Shown: piece by piece, positions 12,686-25,054 of the stretch
How the letters are laid out: the number at the start of each line of letters is the position of its first letter
Numbering within the stretch: the stretch's first letter is position 1
Assembly (NCBI RefSeq): GCF_030144855.1
Contig: NC_082707.1
Coordinates: 164,362,001 to 164,426,000 of the forward strand
DNA: 64,000 bases
Source of the DNA: Hypanus sabinus
Lineage: Eukaryota
Reading direction: 5' to 3'
Made by a program: the position numbers and the translations under genes
Notes under the pieces: generated by a model
The model's input: only the letters and a program-made list of their open reading frames with translations
The model's database searches: none
What the model was told of the DNA's origin: nothing

Positions 12686-13382
12686 TGTAACTCCCTGGGT
12701 CGCCTCAGGCTCGCTCAGCTCGTTCTCGTCTAGGGGGAGCAGCCTTCGGCCCCGCCAAACTGGGTAATCAGCTGGTGTGGATGCTGTGTGATGTCCCCGC
12801 CTCGCCCAAAACCAGACAGTACACCATATGCGATTAAATGAGTACAATTTATAAAGGTTACTATAATTAAGTGATTAATAACGATACAGTATATATGAAG
12901 AGAAAATTAAAGAAAAGGCGCCAAACTTATCAAAGTCCAAACCACTTCGTGCACAACCGTTGGAGCTCAATTACTGAAGTCTTCTGGCCACCATTCGATC
13001 CCCTCCGAACTCCTTGACTCGCAGCTCAGGACCCTCCGAACTCCTCGACTCTCCAAACAGCTCAGGACCCTCCGAGTGGTCAACCAAGCACATCTAGCTT
13101 CATCCCCCCCCACCCCGGAGAATCTCCCGGCCTCGGACCCCCCTTTGGGGTCCGATCCTCGCCCAGCTTACAGCATTGCGTCCTCTCTCTCGACCCCCTC
13201 ATGCCGATCTGCCCAAAAGCCCGTCAACAAAAGCTTACAGACTCGAAAGAAAGAACATTAATCCCCATTTGGTTTACAAAGGAATACCATTCTCGTTATC
13301 AGTAAATTAGCATTCCTGCTAGTTAACAAAAGGAAACCCTTTCCCAACGGTAACAAAGAAAAAAAAAGAAACCCCCTTTACA
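12686..13382 (-). repeat. 5' LTR (697 bp)
   Basis: About 20 differences from the 3' LTR counted by eye. Confidence 0.95.
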
Positions 13383-14694
13383 CATGTATTACGAAAGTGG
13401 TGTGTGCAGAAGAGCATCTCTGAACACATTGAACCTTGAGGTGGGATGGTCTACAGCAGCACCTGACTGCAAACATACCCTAAGTTGCCACTTCAGTAGG
13501 TACAAGGGGTATCTAATGAAGTGACCACTGTGTGCATTTAAAAAATAATAATAATTTAAATTTTTTTTATGTTTTTCTTACAACTGGCAAAGGTGGGTCC
13601 CTAACTGTTCTGACCATTAGGGCATCTTTGGAGATGGGATTTCCTTGATGCACCATCCAAGGACACTCTCTGCATCCAACTCAGATCAAACTCTGATATG
13701 GCTGAATATCAGGCAGCAATACAGCTCTATCATCTCCTATCTCCTCGACCCTTCAGACATGGAGACCTTTAGACTAAACCTTGGGGGTAAAATCGCTATA
13801 TGTTCATGACGTGCTTCATTATTAGTGCCCAATTTGGTCAGCAAGTACAGGAGAGAAAGATTTAGGTTGAGATTTACAGATTAACAGTGAAACTCAGTTA
13901 TCCTTCCCTGCTTTAAACAAATGACAATGCGCTCTTTCACCTGCCTTTTATTTCCAACAAACTGCTGAATTTCTGCACTGATTGCAGATTGAAAATAAAA
14001 ACGTGTTAATTCTTAGTGTAATGACCTTTAGGCACTCTTGATTCAGAAAGGTTAAGCTGCAAAATCTGGTCATTAAATATTTTAAAGTTTAATTTCCTTC
14101 TTTTTGTCTGGACATACTATAGTTCTATCACACACTGTTATTCCAGTATTTTTTCTCTTCTCTGTCTCCCTCTCTGGACCTGCTTTGTCTTTAATTCACT
14201 CTCTGCTCTTGCGTTTTCCTTTTCCCTTAAGCAGGAGATGTGCTGTTGGCCCCAACGTTCACTCTTCTCCAGCACCTCACTTGCTACCATTAAACAAAAA
14301 GAAGCTTTTACTTGCAGTAGGACATGATGAAGGAATTTACTAGTTGGAAGGGTAAGAAGAGGTTAGTCTGATGCTGTCTGCCTCGGGATGCGACGGACTT
14401 TCAGCAACTGTTGTAACCATAATTTAGAACATAGACATAATTCATAGGAACAGAATGAAGCCCTTCAACGCTTTGAGTCTACTCCACCATTTGATCATGT
14501 CTGATTTATTTTCCCCCTCAGTTTAATTCTGTTATGAGATAATATTGTATCGTTATAAATACCTAGGAAGATCTTTATATGATTTGTGTGAGTACTTGAT
14601 TTAATTGGCTTCTGTACACTTCACAATCTAGGTGTGGTAACAACTACAACTGTAATCTGTTTCATGCTGTGTATGCGTGACCATAAGATGATAA

Positions 14695-16035
14695 ATACAT
14701 AAGATTTAGGAGCAGAATTAGGTCTTTTGGCCCATCGAGTCTGCTCTGCCATTTAATCATGGCTGATCCATTTCCCTCTCAAACCCATTCTCCTAACTTC
14801 TCCCCGTAACGTTTCACACCCTGACTTATCAAGAATTTATCAACCTCTGCTTTACATACAATTGAATTAAATTGAATTGATTTTATTTCTTACATCCTTC
14901 ACACACGAGGAGTAAAAATCTTTATGTTACGTCTCCATCTAGATGTGCCGTGTGCAATCATAGTAATTTATAATAATTTATAATAAATAGAACAGTCAGT
15001 GTAATACAGAGTCCACTCGAATCAGTGTGAGTTCATCAGTCTGGTGGCCTGGTGGAAGAAGCTGTCCCGGAGCCTGTTGGTCCTGGCTTTTATGTTGCGG
15101 TACCGTTTCCCGGATGGTAACAGCTGGATCAGTTTGTGGTTGGGGTGACTTGGGTCCCCAATGATCCTATGGGCCTTTTTCTCACACCTGTCCTTGTAAA
15201 TGTCCTGAATCATGGAAAGTTCACAACTACAGATGCGCAGAGTCCTGCAATTAAGGGAAGTATAGTTCCCATCCCAGGCAGTGATGCAGGATGCTCTCAA
15301 TTGTGCCCCTGTAGAAAGTTCTTGGGATTTGTGGGCCCATACCAACTTCCTCAGCGGCCTGTTGAGCCTTTCTCCCCACACAGCTGGTGTGTACAGACCA
15401 CATGAGGTCCTTAGTGATGTGGATGCTGAGGAACTTGAAGCTGTTTACCCTCTCAACCCCAGATCCATCAATGTCAATAGGGGTTAGCCCATCCCCATTC
15501 CACCCCTATTTCACAACCAACTCCTTTGTTTCTGCGACATTGAGGGAGAGGTTGTTTTCTTGACACCACTGTGCGAGAGGGATGACTTCCTCCCTGTAGG
15601 CCACCTCATTATTGTTTGAGACAAGGCTAATCAATGTAGTGTTGTCGGCAAATTTAATTAGCAGATTGGAGCTGTGGGTGGTGATACAGTCAAGGGTATA
15701 CAGGGAGTAAAGGAAAGGACTTAGTACGCAGCCCTGAGGGGCTCCTGTATTGAGAGTCAGAGGGGTGGAGGTGAGGGAGCCCATCCTTACAACCTGGTGG
15801 TGATCTGACAGGAAGTCCAGGATCCAGCTGCACAAGGCAGGGTCAAGGCTGAGGTCTCTGAGCTTCTTGTCGAGCCTGGATGGAACCAGCCTCCACGGCC
15901 GCCTGTGGCAACAGATTTCACAGATTCACCAGCTTCTAGCTGAAGAAATTCCTCTTCACCTCTGTTCTAAATTGACATCCCTCTATTCTGACGTTGTGCC
16001 CTCTGGTCCTAGATTCCCCAACTATAGAACACTGT
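14695..16035 (-). mobile_element. CR1 3' fragment interrupted by a Rex1 insertion
   Basis: VGESRTRGHNVRIEG at 15890-16035 and CR1 3' UTR at 14695-14855. Confidence 0.75.
14860..15885 (-). mobile_element. Rex1/Babar LINE, 5'-truncated
   Basis: GAPQGCVLSPFLYSLYT, KFADNT, LLPSGKRYRNIKARTNRL; (attga)n tail. Confidence 0.9.
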
Positions 16036-16439
16036 GTACAAGTCACCAAAGTTTTATCTATGGGATCAAACAGGAAAAAAACTGGAAAATCAGTGTTTCC
16101 TGTATTTAGACATATTGTCAAGCTCGCCCAAATAAACTGATCTGTTGTTTGACCACTTGTTAAAAGAGGGAACTGTCATGAGCAGACTATAAACAAATAG
16201 AAAGGAGAGAAACATTTGAGATACATTAGTGAAAATACTTGTATTGATTTTCACTGCAGGCTTTGTACTGAGTTAACAAGGGCAACCTGTTTTTTATTCA
16301 TGACTCCATTAATTTTTGACCGCAAATTTCCTTGAAGATATGCAATATTTTATGAACTTCTAGCCCACAACCACTCAACATGGACATTCACAATATCAAG
16401 GCTGTGCTTCAGAATGCTCTGCAAAACTGGCAGTGGAAT

Positions 16440-17372
16440 TGGAATGAGAATCAGGTTTACTATCACCGGCATGAGTCGTGAAATTTGTTAACTCAGCAGC
16501 AGCAGTTCAATGCAGTATGTAATAAAGAAGGAAAAAAACAATAAATAAATAAGTAAATCAATTACAGTATATGCATATTGAATAGATTAAAAATTGTGCA
16601 CAAAATGAAATAATATATATTTTAAAAAGTGAGGTAGTGTTCAAGGTTTCAATGTCCATTTAGGAGTCAGATGGCAGAGGGGAAGAAGCTGTCCCTGAAT
16701 CGCTGAGTGTGTGCCTTCAGGCTTCTGTACCTCCAACCTGATGGTAACAGTGAGAAAAGGGGATGATCTGGGTGCTGGAGGTCCTTAATAATGGACACTG
16801 CCTTGAAGATATCCTGGGTACTTTGTAGGATGGTACCCAAGATGGAGCTGACTAGATTTACAACCCTCTACAGCTTCTTTCAGTCCTGTGCAGTAACCCT
16901 CCCCCACCCCCTCACCCATACCAGACAGTGATACAGCCTGTCAGAATGCTCTCCATGGTATATCTATAGAAGTTTTTGAGCGTATTTGTTGACATACCAA
17001 ATCTCTTCGAACTCCTAATGAAGTATATTCACTGTCATGCCTTCTTTATAATTGCATCGATATGTTGGGACCAAACTAGATCCGTAGAGATCTTGACACC
17101 CAGGAATTTGAAACTGCTCCCTCTCTCCACTTCTGATTCCTCTACGAGGGTTGGTATGTGTTCCTTCATCTTGCCCTTCCTGAAGTCCACAATCAGCTCT
17201 TTTGTCTTACTGACATTGAGTGCCAGGTTGATGCTGCAGCACCACACCACTAGTTGGCATATCTCACTCCTGTACGCCCTCTTGTTACCACCTGAGACTC
17301 TACCAACAATGACTGTATCATCAGCAAATTTATAGATGGTATTTGATCTGTGCCTAGCCACACAGTCATGAA
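16440..17372 (-). mobile_element. Rex1/Babar LINE 3' part
   Basis: YKFADDTVIVG, LNVSKTKELIVDFRK; 3' UTR very similar to 45245-45845. Confidence 0.9.
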
Positions 17373-17529
17373 ATGCCCCATCTTACAATATAGTCACTTC
17401 CTGCCCTTTCTTTAGGAAAGCCTCTGATTTCTACATTGACCTCATTATCCACCTTATAACCCACAGATCTAGAATGGATGCAAATCATCCTTGATCCAAA
17501 GGTGAGGTGGTGTAGAAAGGAGGATGACG

Positions 17530-17880
17530 ATTAGCTGATTTCCCAGGATCTGGGTGTTGCTGTCAAGTCCAACATCTGTTGCCCATTCTTAATGTCCTTG
17601 AGAAAGTGGTGGTGAGCCGTGTTCTTGAACTGCTGCACTCCGTCTGGTGAACATCTCACCCTACCATCAGCCCGACCTTCCTGCAGTGATGATGGACTGG
17701 TAATATGATGCTTGAAGGGAACCTGCAGACGTTGGATTGATGCTCCTGTTCTTTTTAGTGACAGGGTTGAAGGATACTGCCTTGGTGCCAAAGCAGGTAA
17801 CAGCAGAGCATTCTGTAGCTGGTACATCGTACAGGCACTGTATGCCCGTGCAAGGAGTAATGTTTGCTCAGGGTGCCGAA
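17530..17880 (-). mobile_element. Old CR1-like LINE 3' end
   Basis: gcagttcaagaacacggctcaccaccactttctcaagg...gggcaacagatgttgg terminal motif shared with 7630-7690. Confidence 0.5.
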
Positions 17881-18104
17881 TGCCATGTCCAGAGAATCAG
17901 GTTTGTCATGGTATATGCTTATAAGGATGTGGGCTTGGGTAGGATTTGGTGTGTTAAGGCCTGCATTAAAGATCGGAGGAGGAGGCCAAGTTTTTATTAC
18001 CTTATTTTATTTACAATAGATAAAATTTATTTATTGTAGGCAGTACATAATAAAGAAGATTATTACCACCCCAGCATTAACTTGAATGTAATCATGGGAT
18101 AACT

Positions 18105-18300
18105 TGCAATGGCCAATTAACCTACTTGTTATGTCTTTGGACTGTGGGAGAAAACTGGAGCACCAGAGAAAACCCTATGCATTCCATGGAGAGGACGTAC
18201 AGAATCTCCTTCCTGAATAGTGCCAGAATTGAACTCTGAACTGCGGAACAGTCCAAGCTGTGATAGTGTCACGTTAACTGAAGGTCTACTGTGGCACCCA
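18105..18300 (-). mobile_element. V-SINE-like element
   Basis: gtctttggactgtgggagaaaactggagcacc core (reverse strand). Confidence 0.7.
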
Positions 18301-19339
18301 AGGAAGGTATTATTAGGTTGAATTAGATTGGAAAGAAGATTGGCTGGCACTTGTGTTAGGGACCCTGTTGAAAAACTCGTGTTCAATCAACAATAAAGTC
18401 TAAAATAAAGCATCTAATGTTACCTTCATCTGCCCCTCTAATGCCTGACCTGCCCCCACCCATCCCCTGTGGGTTTGGTCTGTATGAGATGCCATCATGT
18501 CCCTCAGCACAGATGTCCAGTTAAAGTTGTAGATCATGATGTCATGACCCAGTCTGCATATTTAAATACTGTCACTCTTCATCTGTGCTGATCATGAGCT
18601 GAGTAACTCACCTTATTTTAATTGATTCCTTTCCTCCAACTAGTTAAAAACCTGTGTCATTAGGATACATTTTATTGACATAGTTAAGGCAGACTATGTG
18701 TGATGGCATTTTTGTTTGCATGAACCATTCCAGGCAGGTACAAGTAAAGCTTTCTAATACTTCAGTGTGCAGAGTAATGTAGGCTTCAATATAGTTTTAT
18801 GCCAGTCATTTGTGTGGTGTAAGAAACAACCTGTCATTCCTAATTAAGCTGTTGTTTACTGCGTGCTGTATTAACCAGGAGGGATGCACTGTTGTAGAAT
18901 TGTTTGAATAGCATATAATTTAATATGGCTAACTTAAATTACTTTCTAGTGTGAATTTTTGAGTATTGCTAGGTCTTGATTTTTTTTAAATTTCTTTTTA
19001 CTTTGGTACGGTTTGAAAGTGTTTTTTGATTTTTTATAACTATAATCCAAGAAAATTGTGCTTTTCATAGGTTATAAATATATCTGAAGAGATGCATCAC
19101 CCTTTTGTCTCTATAATATGCAAACAAATTAAAATCAGATATAAATTACATAATGTTCATTGCAATGAGAGCTTTTATAGGTGAAGAAAAGTAAACTGAT
19201 CTTTCACAGAAGAATTTTGGATGGATTGTGTTGTTCTTTTAAATCAATTTAGTGATATTGTTCACCTTTTCTAAAATGATGAATTGAAGTAGTCTTTATT
19301 CCAACAATTGTTGATTGATTTTGTTAGTTTTGTTTACAT

Positions 19340-19480
19340 TGTGGAGTCCTGATGAAGGGTCTCAGCCCGAAATATCAATTGTTTGTTCTCCTCCATAGAT
19401 GCTGCCTGACTTACTGAGTTCCTCCAGCATTTGAGGGGTGTTGCTCAGGATTTCCAGCATCTATGGAACCTCTAGTGTCT
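19340..19480 (+). mobile_element. Penelope-like terminal repeat with a degenerate minimal hammerhead motif
   Basis: CTGATGA (19349-19355), GGG..CCC stem, GAAA (19369-19372); related remnant at 52340-52460. Confidence 0.6.
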
Positions 19481-21979
19481 ATTGTTAGGTGGTGACTTTG
19501 TAGCTCATGTCTGAACTAACAATAATCTGTCAATGAAAGTCAGAGAATCAATTCTTCAATGTAACTGCATTTTCTGAAGAAAGCAGGCAAGAAGAGAAAT
19601 CAAACTTACTGGTTTTCCTAACTACAAAAAAAAAACTGAGAATTTTCAAATGTAGCATTTTGAAGTTCAGTGAAACTATAATTAACATCTTAAAAGCAGA
19701 GTAATATTTTTCAAGAGTAATTTCAAACTAAAATAGTTCTTACAATGTGGTCCAAGAGAGACCTGAAATAACACAGGAATAAAATGAAAGTGTAACACTG
19801 ATTTGTTGCCAAAATTGATGTGTGCAGTTCATGTCACGAATGAATCAGAAAATGCTGCAATTCCAGGTTGGCCTTTCCAGCTGTCAAGTTCCTGCCAAAA
19901 GTAAATTAGCTCCATCATGAGGCAAATTAAAAAAAAAAATAATTTTGGGCCTTAAATTTCAACAGTATTAAATTAAACAAAGGCTGCAATGGCAGATGGA
20001 CTGCTCAGCAGAGAGTCAGGGAAAAAAAAGATATATCAGATGAAACTCTTACTGCTTTTCTGCATCTAATCGGCCTACCTTCTGCTGATCCCTTTCAGAT
20101 GTTTCTCGAGTTTATTTGTTTAGTGAAGGACTCAATTCCCTCAGTTGTTGAGATTTACATTTTTATGGTTTCTCAAGAGATCTATCCCTAAAGTACTATA
20201 CATTACAGTATATTGCTTTCACGGTTAGGATAAGAAAATTAAGATCACTGGGCAGCTAAAACAATTTTTGTTCTTTCTCTTTCAAATGCTGCAGCGATAT
20301 TTTGGTTGCAGTTACATGTTAGAAGGCACTTTTCCATTCTTTTTCTCATTTCACAGAATGCTCTGGTTAATGCAAAAGCTTAACATTTTTATTCTCTTTC
20401 TGAAGGGATTATCAGTGAATGATCTGAGTTTCATTTTACGAGCGTACAGTCAAAAACTATTCAAAATTTCACTCCCCTTCTGGTTTACTTGAGCAAGACA
20501 AGTAGATTAGTTAATGTAACAGGGTTAGGAATATTGTGAATTAAGATCAGATTGTGATATTTCGCCTTGCAGCATTTCCAGCAGAGATGAAAATGGCAGA
20601 AAGGAAGCATTAACATTTTATGGTTGCCAGCACTGTAAACCAAAATCGGACAGCTATGACTTCCTTTGTGAGACAAAGAAACCTGGAAACAAAAATAAAT
20701 CTCATAATACTGCTGTAAAATGCATTAAGTTCTCTTTAACATGGGCAGGGTGTACCTGCTAAAATGATTTTTCACACCTTTAATACAAGCTCTGCAGAAT
20801 ACTTGGTCCAAATGTATCAATGTCGTCAGTGCACATTTTCAGTATTTGGTGGTAATGTCACAATAGACTATAATGACACTTTAATCTAAAAAAACATTAA
20901 ATCCAAACTGTAGAGCCTGAAATGTAACACAGTTTGAGCTGTGTACATTTCAACTGCTTCAGAGGATCTTGTAGCTCAATATCCTACAATCTCTATTACA
21001 TATTTATGGATAGGTGGATGGTCAGAGGTGAATACAAGGTTATACATTTTGTAATGTTTTTCAGTATGGCCATAACTACCGAGCCACCTACATTTCCATT
21101 TTACACTTAGCTCCTTTTCTTGATTTATAAAAATTGTTTAATTTTCTCCTAGCTACGTTTAAAAGAAAAAAAGGTTGGCATGAAATTGCGTATCATTGTA
21201 AAACAGATAATCCAAACTGAAGAAAAGTGGCTTCATGTGTTTAGTAGCAAAGACATTCCCAATACTCAGACAGATTAAAAATAAATGCATATGTCGGTTG
21301 GAAATTTTCAGGTCTGTGTTGCCATTAAACAACTGCCTGAGGAAATCAGATAGAAAATGATCAGGCCTTTCCCCGCATTCACTTCAGTGGCATTTCTTTT
21401 AGGTATCTAATTTTTCTCAGGTTATACAATAATTTACCTCTCTGCTCAATTCCCATTCACTCAGGGGTGAAGTTTGTTCTGTTGTGCTTTGGTTCTGATG
21501 TGGGGTGTCAAATACACAGAGCCTGCACAATCCATCTGACAGTTCAGTAAACTCTGACTTTTATTTGAGAAGTCTGAAATAAGATACATTTTATGTCAAA
21601 TCAGTGACGCAGGTTTCGAATAAATTCAATGACTGGAATGGTTATTGTTATGGGCAAAGTCCACCAAAACATAACCTGGTGGGCAAAGTTGGCTCTCTTT
21701 TCTGTTTATCGTGCTCTTTCAAATCAACATCATGACTAGATGGATATGAGTAAACCAACTCAATGCAGGAAAAGACAACCCAGATCCTGCAGCTGCCTCA
21801 CCATTCAATGGCCATTCTGAGCGAACACCCCTCTGCAGTTCTGTCTGCCCATGGTAATTTTTCACCTGCTTGTTTATACAGCACTTGTATACATTTGCCT
21901 TAAAATATTCAAAATCACAAAGAGAGAGAAAAATATCTCACATCTCCCTTAAAAAGCAAAAGTCTTATTTTCCAAGAAT

Positions 21980-23390
21980 CAGAATTAATATCATTGATGT
22001 ATGTCATGAAATTTGTTGTTTTACGGTAGTGGTGCACCCTAATACATAAAAAACTGTAATCTACAATAAGAAATATGTTAAACAAATAAACTAATTAAAT
22101 CGCTCAAAACAAGAGTCCAAAACAGAGAGGTAGTGTTCATGGGCTGGTTTATGGTCAGTTCAGAATTTAGTGAATAGTTCATGAAGTGGAGTTCAACCCA
22201 GTGTGAGGCGGTTCATTTTGGTAGGTCAAATATGATGGCAGAATATAATATTAATGGTAAGACTCTTGGCAGTGTGGAAGATCAGAGGGATCTTGGGGTC
22301 CGAGTCCATAGGACACTCAAAACTGCAGGTTGGCTCTGTGGTTAAGAAAGCATATGGTGCATTGGCCTTCATCAATCGTGGAATTGAGTTTCAGAGCCAA
22401 GAGGTAATGTTGCAGGTCTATAGGACCCCAGTCAGATCCCACTTGGAGTACTGTGCTCAGCTCTGGGCACCTCACTACAGGAAGGATGTGGAAACCCTAG
22501 AAAAGGGTGCAGAGGAGATTTACAAGGATGCTGCCTGGATTGGGGAGCATGCCTTATGAGAATAGGTTGAGTGAACGCGGCCTTTTCTCCTTGGAGTGGC
22601 AGAGGATGAGAAGTGACCTGATAGATGTGTACAAGATGATGAGAGGCATTGATCATGTGGATAGTCAGAGGCTTCTTCCCAGGGCTGAAATGGCTAGTGA
22701 GAGAGGACACAGTTTTAAGGTGCTTAGAAGTAGGTACAGAGGAGATGTCAGAGGTAAGCTTTTTTTTATGCAGAGGGTGGTGAATGCATGGAATGGGTTG
22801 CCGGCGACGGTGGTGGAGGTGGATACGATAGGGTCTTTTAAGAGATTCCTGGATAGGTACATGGAGCTTGGAAAAGTAGAAGGCAATGGGTAACCCTAGG
22901 TAATTTCTAAGGTAAGGACATGTTCGGCACAGCTTTGTGGGCTGAAGGGCCTGTATTATGCTGTAGGTTTTCTATGTTTCCGAAAAAGGAAGCATAAAAT
23001 ATTGAGAAAGTGTTCATGGCTTGATTCATTGTCCCTTTTGGAAATCTGATGGCAGAAGGGAAAAATCTGAGTGTGTGTCTTCAGCCTCATACATCTCCTC
23101 CATGATGGTAGCAATGAAAAGAGAGCATGCCTTGGGTGATAGGGTCTTTCATGATGGACACTGCCTTTTTGAGGCATTACTTTTTGAAGATGTCATCAGT
23201 GCTGAAGAGGCTGGTGCCCACGATGGAGCTTGCTGAGTTTGTAACCCTTTGCAACTTTTTATGATCCAGTGCAAGGGTCCCCTCCATACCAGACAGTGAT
23301 GTAACCAATTTGAGTACTCTCCACGGTACATCTGTAGAAATTTGCAAGAGTCTTTGGTGCCATACCAAATGATCCCAATTCTAGATTGTC
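21980..23390 (-). mobile_element. Rex1/Babar 3' part interrupted by CR1 (22180-22985)
   Basis: KTLANFYRCTVES and HPRHALFSLLPS motifs. Confidence 0.8.
22180..22985 (+). mobile_element. CR1 LINE 3' part
   Basis: HLEYCAQLWAPHYRKD, QRRFTRMLPGL; tttctatgtttc tail. Confidence 0.92.
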
Positions 23391-23489
23391 CCACAAAGGA
23401 AATACCTCTGCTCCTCCATCAGTTAACAAGAACATAGAACAGTGCAGCATAGGAACAGGCTCTTTGGCCTACAGTGTGTGCTGAAATGG

Positions 23490-24470
23490 CGAGTAGCCAA
23501 TGTAGTCAGACAGAGATGGAGACAGTTCCTTGTGGACGTTATAGGCCAGTTTTAAAAAGTGGGCGACATTGGTGAAACATCTGCAGAGGAGAAGATCGTA
23601 GACAGTTGGAGACAGCACCTAGTGGATTTTACATGTTGGTTTTAAAAAGTGAGAAGTTGTCACGATTTCTGTGGAGCAGCAGTTTGCTTAGGTTATTAGT
23701 AACTTAGCAAGGCATAATTGAAAGAAGTTAGGCTTAAGCGGAGCAATTATTGTGGGAGTGGCCATAGTTGGAGTGGGCCAGGGTTAGAGTGAGAGAATTT
23801 GGCTCAGCAGGCAGAGGCTAAGGGTGTTGAATGATTTGGAATAATTTATTTGATTGTAGAACTTAAGCTTACAAAGTTAAAGCCATAGGTATAACAACCT
23901 CAGTGAGAAGAGGCTGAGTAAATGACCTAGGTGAATCTGAAATTTAAAGGTTTCAGTGAGAAGGCACAGGTAAGGACAGGTAAGCTTTTTTGTTATTTAT
24001 AAATCCTCTGCTCTTAATTCAGTGTGGCTAGGATGGTATTTAAGGTAGTGGAATGCTCCTGCTGTAAGATGTGAGATTTCAGAATACATAACGGTCTCCC
24101 TAAAGACTACATCTGCATAAAGTGCACTAAATTTCAGCTCCTGACTGAATAGGTCAAGGAGCTGGATGGATTCAGAACCATCTGGAAAGCTGAAAGCCTC
24201 CGAGATGAAACTTTCACTGAGGTGATCACCCCCACCCAGGATGCAGGCTTCAGTTGGTAGATGGCTGACCACCAAGAGAAAAAGGGTAGTGAGCAGTTAC
24301 TGCAGGATTCCTCTGTGGCTATTGCCCTCAGCAACAAGTATACCTCCTTGGATACTGCTGGAGGAATGAACTGTTGGGGCACAACAGCAGCAGCCAGGCC
24401 AGTGACATTGTGGTTGGCTGTAAGGCTCATCAGGGAGGGATAAGATCAGACAGAGTGATAGTGATTATAT
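23490..24470 (+). mobile_element. CR1 5' UTR/ORF1 remnant
   Basis: ECSCCKM..DYICIKC Cys motif and ALSNKYTSLDTAGG of CR1 ORF1. Confidence 0.65.
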
Positions 24471-25054
24471 ATTTCATCTCTAGAACCCCTGAAAATCTTG
24501 TGTGTTTATGTCAAGTCTCCTCCCATTCTGCTAAACTCAGCATATTCAGTTCTGGCCTGCCCAACCTTTCTTCACAGGGCAACCTACCCATTAATTGCTG
24601 GGAGCTACTTCAAATGCACCTGTACCCTACACCAAGGAGACTAATGCAGTAGAGAGAGCTATAGATGCAGCCATACTAATGCCCCATAAAATGGAAGCAG
24701 AACTTTGCTGTTGTTGTGGGTTTATGTGAAGAAACAGGATAGCGCGTACAGATATAGATAAAGATGAATACATGTGGAAAAACTACTTCCCTAGATTATG
24801 GAACATGAAATTCCATTCCTTTCCATGCTGCATGCATCTGATTCCACAATCACTGACCATTTAAACTCACTAATGAATGAGGTTGCTGAAATCTTAAATT
24901 AATTGTGAGTGTACACTTTCCCTATGACTAATCAAGCTGATATTGAGTTTATGTCCAGTATCATAATTACGGATGTTGAAATCTACCCTGGTATTTGGAG
25001 GCTCTGTTTTGTGTTCAATTCCATGCTGTTCCAAGGGTTTTATGAGATGTCTGC

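Larger units (their letters stand above)
9353..13382 (-). mobile_element. Young non-autonomous Ty3/Gypsy LTR retrotransposon (PNMA-type gag) carrying a myosin heavy chain fragment
   Basis: Two direct LTRs with TG...CA ends, CATG TSD at 9349-9352 and 13383-13386, PBS, PPT, gag/PR/RT homology. Confidence 0.95.
8970..13536. mobile_element. Tc1/mariner-derived non-autonomous element split by the LTR insertion (arms ~8970-9352 and ~13383-13536)
   Basis: Left TIR ctcggtggccactttattaggtacacc; degenerate inverse gtatctaatgaagtgaccactgtgtg near 13509-13534; transposase remnant MARLVQADRKATVTQ. Confidence 0.8.

Noticed and set aside
17035-17361. Host gene from short RT-like ORFs
   Set aside because: These are Rex1/Babar LINE fragments repeated throughout the window.
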